NCBI GenBank assembly: GCA_043823435.1
Contig: JBDRAV010000003.1
Span: 32,366-96,365 of the forward strand
DNA: 64,000 bases
DNA from: Candidatus Omnitrophota bacterium
GTDB lineage: Bacteria; Omnitrophota; Gorgyraeia; Gygaellales; Profunditerraquicolaceae
Direction: 5' to 3'
A model generated the notes under the pieces. The model saw nothing but the letters and a program-made list of their open reading frames with translations, made no database searches and was not told the origin of the DNA. Made by a program: the position numbers and the translations under genes. Shown one piece after another: positions 35,586-45,749 of this stretch; within the stretch, counting starts at the first letter, position 1, and each line of letters begins with the position of its first letter.

Positions 35586-36839
35586 TTGATTCATGCTGTT
35601 CAAGAACTCTTCATTATCTTTAGTCTTGGCTAATTTCTCGATCAAGAGCTCCATCGCCTCGACGTTATTCAGCTCATTTAAGACTTTCCTTAATATCCAA
35701 ACCTTTTGCAGCTTCTCCTGTTTAAGAAGCAGCTCTTCATGCCGCGTATTGGAACGTTTTATATCGATAGCCGGATAGATCCTGCGCTGGAAGAGGTTTC
35801 TGTCAAGCTGTAGTTCCATATTACCCGTACCTTTGAATTCTTCAAAGATAACCTCATCCATTCTGCTGCCAGTATCTACCAGCGCGGTTGCGATAATGCT
35901 CAGGCTCCCACCCTCATCGATTGCGCGGGCAGCTCCAAAGAATCTCTTGGGTTTTTGCAGGGCGTTGGAATCTATGCCGCCTGATAATACCTTCCCGCTA
36001 TGCGGGATAACGGAATTGTACGCACGGGCAAGGCGGGTTATGCTATCCAGGAGGATCACCACATCCTTCTTATGCTCCACGAGCCTTTTGGCTTTCTCCA
36101 GAACAATCTCGGAAACCTGCACGTGCCTCTCAGGAGGCTCATCAAAAGTGGACGATATTACCTCCCCCTTAACGTGCCTTTGCATATCGGTGACCTCTTC
36201 GGGCCTCTCGTCTATCAGAAGAACAATCAGAATTACGTCAGGATTGTTGGTAGTAATGGAATTAGCTATCTTCTGCAATAATACGGTCTTCCCGCTATAA
36301 GGTTGCGCGACGATCAGGGCGCGCTGCCCCTTGCCGATAGGCGCCAGAAGATCAATTACGCGCATGGATATCTCATCGGGTTTCGTCTCGAGGTTGAATC
36401 CCTCATGAGGGTATATGGGAGTAAGGTTATCGAAAAGCACCTTATCCTTTGCCTCTTCGGGGTTCTCAAAATTCACCGCCTGGACCTTTAAAAGCGCGAA
36501 ATACTTCTCTCCCTCCTTCGGCGGGCGTATCTCCCCGCTTACCGTATCCCCGGTTCTAAGATCAAATTTTCTTATCTGCGAAGGAGAAACATAGATATCG
36601 TCCGGGCAGGGCAGGTAATTGTAATTAGGGGACCTTAAGAAACCGAAGCCTTCGGATAATATCTCCAGGACACCCTCCCCGAACATGAGCCCATCTTTTT
36701 CGGCCTGGGCCTGGAGTATTTTAAAGATTAAGTCCTGTTTTTTCAGGCCGCTTACGCCGTTAATATTGAATTCTTTTGATAACTTGCTGAGCTCTGTTAT
36801 TTTCATATCCTTCAAATTACCGATATCTAGTTTTTCCAC
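35583..36839 (-). CDS. rho: Transcription termination factor Rho
   Basis: N-terminal RNA-binding domain, Walker A PYSGKT, 418 aa. Confidence 0.95.
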   Translation of the reverse strand: MEKLDIGNLKDMKITELSKLSKEFNINGVSGLKKQDLIFKILQAQAEKDGLMFGEGVLEILSEGFGFLRSPNYNYLPCPDDIYVSPSQIRKFDLRTGDTVSGEIRPPKEGEKYFALLKVQAVNFENPEEAKDKVLFDNLTPIYPHEGFNLETKPDEISMRVIDLLAPIGKGQRALIVAQPYSGKTVLLQKIANSITTNNPDVILIVLLIDERPEEVTDMQRHVKGEVISSTFDEPPERHVQVSEIVLEKAKRLVEHKKDVVILLDSITRLARAYNSVIPHSGKVLSGGIDSNALQKPKRFFGAARAIDEGGSLSIIATALVDTGSRMDEVIFEEFKGTGNMELQLDRNLFQRRIYPAIDIKRSNTRHEELLLKQEKLQKVWILRKVLNELNNVEAMELLIEKLAKTKDNEEFLNSMNQ

Positions 36840-37444
36840 AACAACCTCCTTATTATCTGCTCCGTTTGTTCCCTTGTTTTTTTTACTGCTGCGCTATTAT
36901 CTATTACAAAATCCGCGATGCGGACTTTATCGTGCAGAGGGATCTGCGCTTTGATCCTCTTTAATATGTCTTTTTTGCTAAACCCAGTCTTCCTGCGCAA
37001 TCTCCTTATCTGCTCCTCCCTGGTTATTTTTACCACGATCAGCTTATCGACTATATCCTGCATCCTGGCCTCAATAAGCAGGGGGGCGTCTAAAACTATC
37101 TTGCTCCTTTGAGAATTCTCTATCTCCTTCTTAATAATACGGATTACCTCCGGATGCACTATCTTGTTTAATCTCTTAAGGAGAGTTTTATTATCGAAGA
37201 CGATGCCCGATAGCCGGTTACGGTCTATAGCCTTATCCTTACCGAGAATGCCACTTCCGAAAACATCTATTATTTTCCCGTATATTTTAGTCCCCGGCCT
37301 GATAAGCCCGCGCGCGATTCTATCCGCATCGATTATCTTTGCGCCGCAAGGCCTGAAAAATGCGGCTACGGTACTCTTACCGCTGCCGTTTCCTCCCGTA
37401 AGGCCCAAGACTATCTTTTTTTTAGCGCGACCTTGCCTTCTCAT
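36827..37444 (-). CDS. coaE: Dephospho-CoA kinase
   Basis: P-loop [12 protein letters not shown]. Start moved to the ATG at 37442-37444 ([18 protein letters not shown]..) downstream of the glgA stop. Confidence 0.8.
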   Translation of the reverse strand: MRRQGRAKKKIVLGLTGGNGSGKSTVAAFFRPCGAKIIDADRIARGLIRPGTKIYGKIIDVFGSGILGKDKAIDRNRLSGIVFDNKTLLKRLNKIVHPEVIRIIKKEIENSQRSKIVLDAPLLIEARMQDIVDKLIVVKITREEQIRRLRRKTGFSKKDILKRIKAQIPLHDKVRIADFVIDNSAAVKKTREQTEQIIRRLLWKN

Positions 37445-38810
37445 ACAACTTGATGTACTTTTTGGCGGACTCCTTCCAGGAAAAATTATTCTGCATGGCA
37501 TTGCGGATGAGCCCGGCCCATTTCTTTTTATCCTTGAACGCCTTTACTGCCTTATCGACCATATTGATCAAACCTTCTTTTTTATATTTATCGAATACAA
37601 ATCCGTCAGCCGCAGTCACGGTATCGGCTAGCCCGCCGGTCTTAAAGACAAGCGGTATGGTGCCGTAACTCATGCTGATAAGTTGGCCCAGTCCGCAGGG
37701 TTCATATTTTGAGGGCATAAGGAATATGTCTGAACCCGCGTATATCTTGTGTGCCAGGGAATCGTCAAATTTCAGATGCAAGGATATAATCTTAGGGTAT
37801 TTCTTTACGATACTCTCAAGAATAGTGTGGTATTTTAATTCTCCAGTTCCCAGGATGACCAGCTGTAGCTCCATATTGCAGATCTTCTCTATTGCGGCTG
37901 CCAGTATATCAAACCCCTTCTGTTCAGCCAGGCGCGAGACGATGCCAAAGAGCGGAATATTCTTTTTAACCGGCAATTTGCAGATCCCCTGCAGGTCCTC
38001 CTTATTCTCGCCCTTATCCTGCGTCTTCTCTAAAGAGTAGTTCTTTGCAATAAACTTATCGCTCTTCGGGTTCCAGATAGAATAATCCAGACCGTTCAAT
38101 ATACCGAAAAGATCGGATTTGCGTTTAGTCAGTATCCCTTCCATTCCGTAACCGAACTCTTTAGTCTGTATCTCTTTGCTGTAAGTAGGGCTGACGGTAT
38201 TGATAAGGTCAGCGAATACTATACCTGCCTTTAATAAGTTGATCTTTCCGTAATATTCGAGCATCTCCATATTAAAGAATTTCCAATCCAGGCCCAGTTT
38301 CGAAAACTCCTCTTTTGGAAATATCCCCTGGTAACCTATATTATGTATTGTGAATAAGCACCTTGTATCCTTATAGAAGATATCATCTTTGTATATAGTC
38401 TTTAGATAAACGGGTATAAGGGCGCTCTGCCAGTCGTGGCAATGGATGATATCCGCTTTAAAACCTATTTCTTTTAACAGCTCCAGCGTCCTCCTGCTGT
38501 AATAAGAGAACCTGTCCAGATTATCCTTGTGATCTCCGGCCTTATCGCCGTATAAGCCGTCGCGGTTGTAATATCCGTCGTTCTCGATAAAATACACCAT
38601 CGTATTCTTACCTGTAACCGTATAAGAGATATCCGCTTTTAACCTTTGAAGTTTAAACTTGGGCTCCTGGATGGATTTGTATCTGGGCATAACGATTATC
38701 GCCTCCTGACCCAATGACTCTAATTCTAAAGGCAATGCCCCGGCTACATCGGCTAACCCTCCGGTTTTAGCGAATGGTACAACTTCAGAAGCACATATAG
38801 CTATTTTCAT
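37422..38810 (-). CDS. glgA: Glycogen synthase (ADP-glucose type)
   Basis: MKIAICASEVVPFAKTGGLADV.. N-terminus; GT5 family size. Confidence 0.9.
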   Translation of the reverse strand: MKIAICASEVVPFAKTGGLADVAGALPLELESLGQEAIIVMPRYKSIQEPKFKLQRLKADISYTVTGKNTMVYFIENDGYYNRDGLYGDKAGDHKDNLDRFSYYSRRTLELLKEIGFKADIIHCHDWQSALIPVYLKTIYKDDIFYKDTRCLFTIHNIGYQGIFPKEEFSKLGLDWKFFNMEMLEYYGKINLLKAGIVFADLINTVSPTYSKEIQTKEFGYGMEGILTKRKSDLFGILNGLDYSIWNPKSDKFIAKNYSLEKTQDKGENKEDLQGICKLPVKKNIPLFGIVSRLAEQKGFDILAAAIEKICNMELQLVILGTGELKYHTILESIVKKYPKIISLHLKFDDSLAHKIYAGSDIFLMPSKYEPCGLGQLISMSYGTIPLVFKTGGLADTVTAADGFVFDKYKKEGLINMVDKAVKAFKDKKKWAGLIRNAMQNNFSWKESAKKYIKLYEKARSR

Positions 38811-41347
38811 TTGACCCCTTTCATTTCCGACCAGTTCCTGCCTTTTTTAATATCTACCTTAAGCGGGACATCTAATTTCATGACCTCTTCCATCCCCCTC
38901 ATTACCAAACCAATAAACTCGCCCTCTTCTTCCGCAGGCATATCAAAGACCAGCTCATCGTGTACCTGTATGATCATGGCACTCTTGAGATTCCTTGACT
39001 TGATCTCTTCGTGTATAGTGATCATGGCTAACTTTATTAAATCGCTTGCCGAACCCTGTATGGGGGTATTTATTGCCTGCCTCTCTGCGAATTGCCGTAT
39101 CCCGGGATTCTTGCTTTTAATCTCCGGGATATACCGCCTCCTGCCCAGCATGGTGGTAACAAACCCCTCTTCTCTCGCAAAGCGTATCTGCCCCTGGAGG
39201 TAATCCTTGACTTGCGGGTATCTTAAGAAATACGCATCGATGAAAATTTGTGCCTCATCAACGCCTATCCCCAGGTCACGCGATAATCCAAAAGAGGTAA
39301 GGCCGTAAATAATCCCGAAATTTACCCTCTTGGCGGTTTCGCGCATTGAATCACTGATATCTTTTTCTTCTAACCCGTAAACAAGCGAGGCGGTGATCTT
39401 GTGTATATCCCTGCCTTCGTGAAACGCAGAGATCATATCTTTGTCTTTTGAGAGATGCGCCAAAATCCTCAATTCTACCTGAGAATAATCGCATGCTAAA
39501 ATATAGCTATCTTCGTCAAACGCAATCACCGCCCGCCTGATATTCCTGCCCAGTTCCGTCTTTACAGGGAGGTTCTGAAGATTGGGTGCGCTTGAGCTGA
39601 GCCTGCCGGTCTCCGTGGCAGTCTGATTGAAAGATGCGTGTATCCTGCCCGTCTTCTGGTCTATCAGGTTAGGTAGGGAATCTATATAGGTGGATTTCAG
39701 CTTCATCAGCTGGCGATATTCCAGCAGCATGGCCGGCAGCTTGTGTTTATCCGCAAGCTTTCTCAATACCTCTTCATCGGTAGAGGGCCCGGTCTTTGAC
39801 CTTTTGATAACAGGAAGTTTTAGCCTCTCGAATAAGATATCGCGCAATTGTTTCGGAGAATTGATATTAAACTGGCTGCCGCTTGCAGTATATATATCCT
39901 CTACCAGCCCGATCAACCTATTCTCTAAATCACGGGAAAGCTTATTCAACATCTCTAAATCTATTCTTATCCCGGTCGACTCCATTGCCGCTAATACGCT
40001 TACCAGTGGCATCTCGATGCCGGTAAAAAGGTCCAGAAGCAGTTTATCGCTCAGCTCCCCTTCCAATTTCGGCCTTAACTGGTTAATGATACCGACTGCA
40101 TCCATGCTATCCACACTCCCAGGTTTCAATAATCTTCCCAAATAATCCAGGGCCAGATCATTCAGAGTGTATCCGGATTTAGAAGGGTTTATAAGATAGG
40201 CTGCTATCATAGTATCAAAATATAATCCCTCCAAAGCTATGCCGCCCTTTAATAAAGATACCTTTAGCCCTTTAAGATCATGGCCTATCTTTCTGATCCC
40301 GGGGTCCGATAATATCCCTTTAAGGTTTATACCGGGATCTTTCACCCTGAAAAACCTCTCTTTCGCATAAAACGCAAGGTCACTCAGGCTCCCGCCGTAA
40401 AGGATAAGTTCGTCTTGCGGCCTCAGCGCCTCTTTCAGTTCTTTATCTTCCAACACAACTATCTTCATATCGGGAGATCTATCTTCAGCCACATCCAGCT
40501 CTTTGAGTAATTTCTTAAACTCAAGGGATTTGAATAACCTGAACAGCTCCCGGCGGTCCGGCTCGCCTATCTTTAATTTATCCGGGTCAAAATCCAGGCT
40601 TATATTCCTGTCCAAAGTGGCTAATTCTTTATTCAATTTTATAACCCCGATATTATCGTTTACCGCTATTCTTATCTTCTCCGGCTTTATGTTGCTTATA
40701 TTGTTTAACAATCCGTCAACGGAGCCGAATTCCCCGATCAACGAAACAGCTGTTTTCTCCCCGATACCAGGGACGCTCGGAATATTATCCGCGCTATCTC
40801 CCATAAGAGCGATAAGATCGGTTATTTTCTCAGGGCCGATTCCGAAACGCTCCGAAACCTTTTTCTTATCGTAAGCAGTGCCCTCGTCTTTATAGGGGCT
40901 AAATACCGCAATACCATCATCTACCAGCTGCAGCATATCTTTATCGGAACTGACGATAGTCACGGGGATATTCTTTTCTCTGGCCCTTTCGGTGAGAGTA
41001 GCAATGATGTCATCCGCTTCGTAACCTTCGCGCTCTACTATGGCGATCCCGTAGGCGGAAATTATATTCTTTATAATAGGTATCTGTCCTGAAAGTTCAT
41101 CGGGCATGGGCGGGCGTTGTATTTTGTATTCTGCGAACTTCTTCGCCCTGAAGGTATCCCTGGAAACATCAAAGCATATTGCAAGGAGCTCGGGCTTCTT
41201 CTCCTTTAAGATCTTATTCAGTATATTTATAAATCCGTATATGGCATTCGTAGGCTGTCCGGAAGAAGTAGAGAGCGCCTTGATGGCGTAGAATGCCCGA
41301 TAGCAAAAAGCCGTAGCGTCGATTAAAAAGAGTCTTGACTCAGCCAT
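38807..41347 (-). CDS. polA: DNA polymerase I
   Basis: 5' nuclease domain, a 3'-5' exonuclease-like region, and Pol A motifs (..DYSQVELRILAH.., ..QVHDELVF..). Confidence 0.95.
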   Translation of the reverse strand: MAESRLFLIDATAFCYRAFYAIKALSTSSGQPTNAIYGFINILNKILKEKKPELLAICFDVSRDTFRAKKFAEYKIQRPPMPDELSGQIPIIKNIISAYGIAIVEREGYEADDIIATLTERAREKNIPVTIVSSDKDMLQLVDDGIAVFSPYKDEGTAYDKKKVSERFGIGPEKITDLIALMGDSADNIPSVPGIGEKTAVSLIGEFGSVDGLLNNISNIKPEKIRIAVNDNIGVIKLNKELATLDRNISLDFDPDKLKIGEPDRRELFRLFKSLEFKKLLKELDVAEDRSPDMKIVVLEDKELKEALRPQDELILYGGSLSDLAFYAKERFFRVKDPGINLKGILSDPGIRKIGHDLKGLKVSLLKGGIALEGLYFDTMIAAYLINPSKSGYTLNDLALDYLGRLLKPGSVDSMDAVGIINQLRPKLEGELSDKLLLDLFTGIEMPLVSVLAAMESTGIRIDLEMLNKLSRDLENRLIGLVEDIYTASGSQFNINSPKQLRDILFERLKLPVIKRSKTGPSTDEEVLRKLADKHKLPAMLLEYRQLMKLKSTYIDSLPNLIDQKTGRIHASFNQTATETGRLSSSAPNLQNLPVKTELGRNIRRAVIAFDEDSYILACDYSQVELRILAHLSKDKDMISAFHEGRDIHKITASLVYGLEEKDISDSMRETAKRVNFGIIYGLTSFGLSRDLGIGVDEAQIFIDAYFLRYPQVKDYLQGQIRFAREEGFVTTMLGRRRYIPEIKSKNPGIRQFAERQAINTPIQGSASDLIKLAMITIHEEIKSRNLKSAMIIQVHDELVFDMPAEEEGEFIGLVMRGMEEVMKLDVPLKVDIKKGRNWSEMKGVK

Positions 41348-41529
41348 TTAGGCTACCATTAACCAAACATGGAAATTAATGAGGCGTGACGAATATGTAG
41401 TTTATTTATGGTAAAAATGCGATATTCGATTAGGTTAGCTTCCTCTAAAGCAGTTTGGAAGGCCTGCTTGTTATTACCTGTGTTCATTATATAAGATATA
41501 AGAAAAAACTAAAAAAAGCAAGAAAAAAA

Positions 41530-41814
41530 TTAAATGAGCAGACAACTTACGGAGCGTTAGCGAAGTAAGTTGTAGCGAAGCGTCTGCGAATTTACACCAT
41601 ACTTTATTAATAACTATAAGCGGTGCTAAATGAGCCCACAACTTACGAACACGCCCCGCTCCTCTTAACTAGAATAAAGGCGGGGTCCAGCCTCTATCTT
41701 ACATAATCAGCTGGAAGTGCGAGTAAGTTGTAGCGAAGCGTCTGCGAATTTACCCCACAGCTTATTAATAATCACAAAAGGGGGATAGGATTGATGCCTA
41801 CAACTTACATTCAC
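41530..41814 (+). repeat. Mosaic element string downstream of acsB (E1, module B, E1+TWJ, module B, partial E1)
   Basis: AAATGAGC at 41532 and 41628. Stems acaacttac/gtaagttgt at 41542-41550/41565-41573 and 41638-41646/41723-41731. GCGAATTTAC at about 41586 and 41745. Confidence 0.8.
41638..41731. ncRNA. TWJ insert, copy 5
   Basis: Hairpin CCCCGC..GCGGGG. The second hairpin changes from CCCGC/GCGGG to CCAGC/GCTGG, a double compensatory change. Loop TCTATCTTACATAATCA. Confidence 0.45.
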
Positions 41815-43995
41815 TTACAACATAGGTGGCATCTCTAATACAGGGTGTTTGACTCTCGTCAGAAAGGCCAACAACTCCTCCTGCGTGGTAGCGGTTGTTT
41901 CATCGGCGATCTTATCAACTAGGTCCGGTTCCCCTATCTCCTGTGCGCGCTTCGTAAACCTCTCGCCTAAAAGCTCTTTCAGCTCCTTGGGCATCCAGAC
42001 TAACCGCTTAAGCCCCCCCTCTGCCGAGATAAACTTCTTACTTACTATATATAATTTCCCCACTCCCAGGAAACCTGGTGTTTGCACGCCTCCCCCTACG
42101 GAACCGGCCAGGGTAGTAAAGGTCATGCCGCTGGGTGTCATTCCGGCATAATCGCGGTTAACTATCATCACGCCGTTAGCTTCCGGGATTATCGCCACGA
42201 TGCACTCGAAACATCCGCAGGAAGACTGGGGCGAATCCATAAGCGAATACATACTTACCTTATCAACGGTCTTATTAGACTTCTGGTAAAAGAAATCATT
42301 TATATTCTTCCACTGGCCCAGTTTTTCATCCAAGGTCTGGCCTTTTAATACCGGTTGATTCGGCCCGGTAGGAACGATCTCATATGAGGCCTTACCGTCA
42401 AGCCATGAATACGCCCCGCATAACCCCAGGCGCTCCGGAGTAATAATACAAACGTGGTTGGGCGCAAAACTCTGGCAAAGCGTGCAGCTGTAAAATGTAT
42501 CAACGCTCTCATCGGTCATCCCGCTCATACGCTCATCGCGCTCATCGAATGCCTTTTTCGCCTCAGGCAGAAGCCTATCTACGTCCTCCGACTTGGTATA
42601 TATTTTAATCTGCACCTTATCTACGATAGCGCTATACTCCTGATGCAACATGGCATGCAGGATAATGCCAATATGTTTAAGGCGAAAACCCTTGCTAAAG
42701 GCATCATTTGATATACGTATCCAGTTCATATCGCGCTGGCCTATATGCATAAGGCCCATCGCATAATTTATGAAGCGGTGAACCTGGCGTTCCAGGATAG
42801 GCTCAAAATCCTTCTGCATCTTGCGTCCGGAGACCTCAACGATAATGGCCATGGGCATGAATTTCTTGCCTTTCTCTAAAGCGTCTATATCCGTACCTAT
42901 AAGTTCTACTTTGCCGTCTTCGACCTCCTCTGATTTCCTGGTCATCAAATATTCAAATGAAGTGCTGCTTTTACTGCCGAATTCAACATACAGCTGTTCT
43001 TTCCTTACCCGTTCTCCTTCGAATGCGGCAGCATAAGCAACGGGTATGGGTATCGATGTAACTTTGACTTTTACGCCTCTTACTTCAATACACCGCGGCA
43101 CGATCTTTTTATAATCCAACTCCTTAACCAGCGCTTCGTAAGTAGTGATACCGGAAGGTGTTATCTGCGGGATATCGGTATCGGCGATTATCGGAAAACC
43201 CATATTTATGGCTCCGGCTCCTGTCGCGTATTTTATATCGTCCAGTTCTCCAAGGACAAGGCCAAAGGCAAATACGCGCTCCTTGGTATATAGAAGACAT
43301 TTCTCTGTCTGTCCGGGCTTAAGCCCTCCGAAGGTTAATGCGGAACGGATCGCCCAGTTCAAAGGGTATATCGCCGATATGGTATCGCGGCCGTAAGGGA
43401 CAATATAATTATCCCATCCCATCTGCACATTTTCTTCCAGCAACTGATCAATTATCGAACGGCCATTGACCTGTGAACCGACAAAGATCAGGATATTCCT
43501 CTGCTGTAATTCCCGCACTATTTCCACAGCCGTCTTATTATCCGGAGCTGCCCCCAGTATAGCGGCAAATCCGGGCATGCGGCCGTCCACAAGCTGTATG
43601 CCCAGGGAACGCATGATCGTATCAGTAAAGAACCCGTTGCAATCATTCTGGGGCTCCTGGCCGTAAAGATAACGCAACGCTACGATTATCTCTTCCGAAA
43701 ATAACGCAGACATACCGGCGTTTAAGGCATCCCCCAGATAAGGAAGCCATATTTTATCCGAAGGGATATCAGGCAAGAGAGATTTCGCGTGCGCCAATAT
43801 AGGCAGGGCATCCTTCAGGGTTTCGACCTTCGCTCCCAGGAGCGCATTGGCAAAAGGCAGATAAAACGCCGTCTCCGGGAAACCTATCTTCTCTGCCTCA
43901 CCCTTATCTTTAATTGCCTTATCCATAAAATCAGACGCCTGCTTGAATATGTCATGGGCACCTTTAATAACTGAAGTTGCTACAATCTTAGACAT
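41815..43995 (-). CDS. acsB: CO-methylating acetyl-CoA synthase (A-cluster subunit of CODH/ACS)
   Basis: 726 aa. FPETAFYLPFANAL N-terminal region, cluster ligands CTLCQSFAPNHVCIITPERLGLCGA, and the Cys-Gly-Cys motif SCGCFEC. Confidence 0.9.
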   Translation of the reverse strand: MSKIVATSVIKGAHDIFKQASDFMDKAIKDKGEAEKIGFPETAFYLPFANALLGAKVETLKDALPILAHAKSLLPDIPSDKIWLPYLGDALNAGMSALFSEEIIVALRYLYGQEPQNDCNGFFTDTIMRSLGIQLVDGRMPGFAAILGAAPDNKTAVEIVRELQQRNILIFVGSQVNGRSIIDQLLEENVQMGWDNYIVPYGRDTISAIYPLNWAIRSALTFGGLKPGQTEKCLLYTKERVFAFGLVLGELDDIKYATGAGAINMGFPIIADTDIPQITPSGITTYEALVKELDYKKIVPRCIEVRGVKVKVTSIPIPVAYAAAFEGERVRKEQLYVEFGSKSSTSFEYLMTRKSEEVEDGKVELIGTDIDALEKGKKFMPMAIIVEVSGRKMQKDFEPILERQVHRFINYAMGLMHIGQRDMNWIRISNDAFSKGFRLKHIGIILHAMLHQEYSAIVDKVQIKIYTKSEDVDRLLPEAKKAFDERDERMSGMTDESVDTFYSCTLCQSFAPNHVCIITPERLGLCGAYSWLDGKASYEIVPTGPNQPVLKGQTLDEKLGQWKNINDFFYQKSNKTVDKVSMYSLMDSPQSSCGCFECIVAIIPEANGVMIVNRDYAGMTPSGMTFTTLAGSVGGGVQTPGFLGVGKLYIVSKKFISAEGGLKRLVWMPKELKELLGERFTKRAQEIGEPDLVDKIADETTATTQEELLAFLTRVKHPVLEMPPML

Positions 43996-44008
43996 ACCAT
44001 CTCTCCTT

Positions 44009-44335
44009 TAAATGAGCCCACAACTTACGGAACAACGTGAACGTAAGTTGTTTGGGCGAATTTACCTCCCACCTTATTAATAAACAATAAAAGGAGGATA
44101 AGTTATATCCCATAACTTACGGAACGCAAGTGAACGTAAGTTGTTTGGGCGAATTTACCTCCCACCTTATTAATAAACAATAAAAGGAGGATAAGTTATA
44201 TCCCACAACTTACGGAACAACGTGAACGTAAGTTGTTTGGGCGAATTTACCTCCCACCTTATTAATAAACAATAAAAGGAGGATAAGTTATATCCCACAA
44301 CTTACGGAACGCAAGTGAACGTAAGTTGTTTGGGC
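44009..44335 (+). repeat. Tandem array, 3.5 units of 92/93 bp (E1 hairpin plus module B hairpin), ABAB pattern
   Basis: Units start at 44017, 44109, 44202 and 44294. Units 1 and 3 have loop AACAACGTGAA; units 2 and 4 have AACGCAAGTGAA. The last unit is truncated after TTTGGGC. Confidence 0.9.
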
Positions 44336-44450
44336 TAGTTCTTCGCTTTGCTTCGGAATCATCCGCAATCACCAAATATAGCAACGGATGAATTTACTTC
44401 GCTTGCTTCCAAGCATTTTGGATGCGAAGCAAATCCAAGACTCTAAGCTT
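44336..44450 (+). repeat. Module C copy plus terminal hairpin
   Basis: ctagttcttcgctttgcttcggaatCATCCGcaatcaccaaatatagcaaCGGATGaattta parallels 5947-6010, with CGTCC/GGACG replaced by CATCCG/CGGATG. It is followed by the hairpin CTTCGC..TCCAA-GCATT-TTGGA..GCGAAG. Confidence 0.65.
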
Positions 44451-45722
44451 TTAGACATACATACCTTCTTTATCTTTTACAAAATCCATAATATCGGGAT
44501 AACCGAAGTTTTCCTGCAATAACCTGTCTTTAAAAGAAGATACGTTTATCCTCTCCCTGATCAATCTTAAAAATACCCCGCTGTTGCTGATATTACCGAC
44601 GAATGTTGCCCCGACAATAAGGTTGTCTTTAAGGATTATCTTTTTGTAAATATTCTCTTTTGTGTCGCAGAGCCCGAATTCCTCGAAAGCATCTTGGGCC
44701 CCCCTTACCTTATATAGCCCCAGCGATACTACGGGGAGACCGAAAAATTCTATGGAGTTCATCCCCAGGGAACCTGTATAGGTAAGACCGGCATCTTTAC
44801 CTAACATATTGGCCCCGGCGATCCTACCCTCTTCTACCGCAACCGGCCAGAGCGCATTCACCGCAGGCTTTCCCAAGGTAAGATCGTAACTCTCGCACAC
44901 ATCTCCTCCGGCATAGATATTTTGAATACTAGTCTGCATTGTATTATCGGTAAGTATGCCTTCCTCAAATTTTATCTCTGTATCCTTAATCGGATCTATA
45001 TTGGGGACAACGCCCTTACCTACAATTATCAAGGAAGCTTCAAAGGCCCTCCCAGAATCAAGCTTAACCGCTTTTATATCGCCGTTACCGATAATCTCTG
45101 CTACATCTTGCCCTAAAATTATTTCGATTCCGTTTTCTTCCAGTCTTCTTTGCACAAAACCGGCGGCTTCAGAATCCAGCATCTGCGATAATACCTGTTT
45201 AGACTTTATAATAACTTTTACTTCGACACCTCTCTTCTTTAGGCCATACGCTGCCTTAAGGCCGACCAGTCCGCCGCCTAAAACACAGGCTGCCTTTGTC
45301 ACCGGCAATAACCCGCTAATATCATTTGAATCCTTTATGGTGCGAAAACCAAATACGCCTCTTTTCTTGATACCTTTAATTTCGGGGAATTTAGGTGAAG
45401 CGCCCGTCGCTATAAGCAGGGCGTCATAATTAAACTGAGTTTTGTCTTCTAGGATTATACGGTTCTTTTTAGGGTCAATACGCGATACTTTCTTATTCAA
45501 AAAGAGCTCGGTATTATTTTCTTTATAAAAACTTTCCGGGCGGTATAAAATCTTTTCTTCTTTTATATCACCTGCCAAATAATATGAAATAAGGCAGCGG
45601 CAGTAAGCAGGATAATCCTCATCCGAGAAAACAAGGACTTTAGAAGCCCTGTCTTTTTCTCTTATGGCTTCGGTTGCAGCGATACCCGCTGCTGAATTAC
45701 CTATAATGATAAATTGTTTCAT
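44451..45722 (-). CDS. FAD/NAD(P)-dependent pyridine nucleotide-disulfide-family oxidoreductase (CODH-associated)
   Basis: N-terminal GNSAAG dinucleotide fold, a second GGGLVGLKAA fold; position next to cooF and cooS. Confidence 0.7.
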   Translation of the reverse strand: MKQFIIIGNSAAGIAATEAIREKDRASKVLVFSDEDYPAYCRCLISYYLAGDIKEEKILYRPESFYKENNTELFLNKKVSRIDPKKNRIILEDKTQFNYDALLIATGASPKFPEIKGIKKRGVFGFRTIKDSNDISGLLPVTKAACVLGGGLVGLKAAYGLKKRGVEVKVIIKSKQVLSQMLDSEAAGFVQRRLEENGIEIILGQDVAEIIGNGDIKAVKLDSGRAFEASLIIVGKGVVPNIDPIKDTEIKFEEGILTDNTMQTSIQNIYAGGDVCESYDLTLGKPAVNALWPVAVEEGRIAGANMLGKDAGLTYTGSLGMNSIEFFGLPVVSLGLYKVRGAQDAFEEFGLCDTKENIYKKIILKDNLIVGATFVGNISNSGVFLRLIRERINVSSFKDRLLQENFGYPDIMDFVKDKEGMYV

Positions 45723-45749
45723 TTGCGTATCTCGCTATTAACCCTTATC

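Noticed and set aside
44040-44110. Module B (minus strand ..TTGTTTATTAATAAGGTGGGAGGTAAATT..) as a tandem set of promoters for acsB.
   Set aside because: The -35 and -10 matches are poor and inconsistent between copies (TTGTTT, ATATTT, TGGCTT, GTGATT). Genuine promoters in this window are near-consensus TTGACA-17-TATAAT. It is kept only as a remark in the array finding.
44009-44335. The tandem array upstream of acsB, and the 1676-1983 array, as CRISPR arrays.
   Set aside because: There are no unique spacers, since the entire 92/93-bp or 64-65-bp unit repeats. The units are internally palindromic mosaic modules found singly elsewhere, and no cas genes are present in the window.
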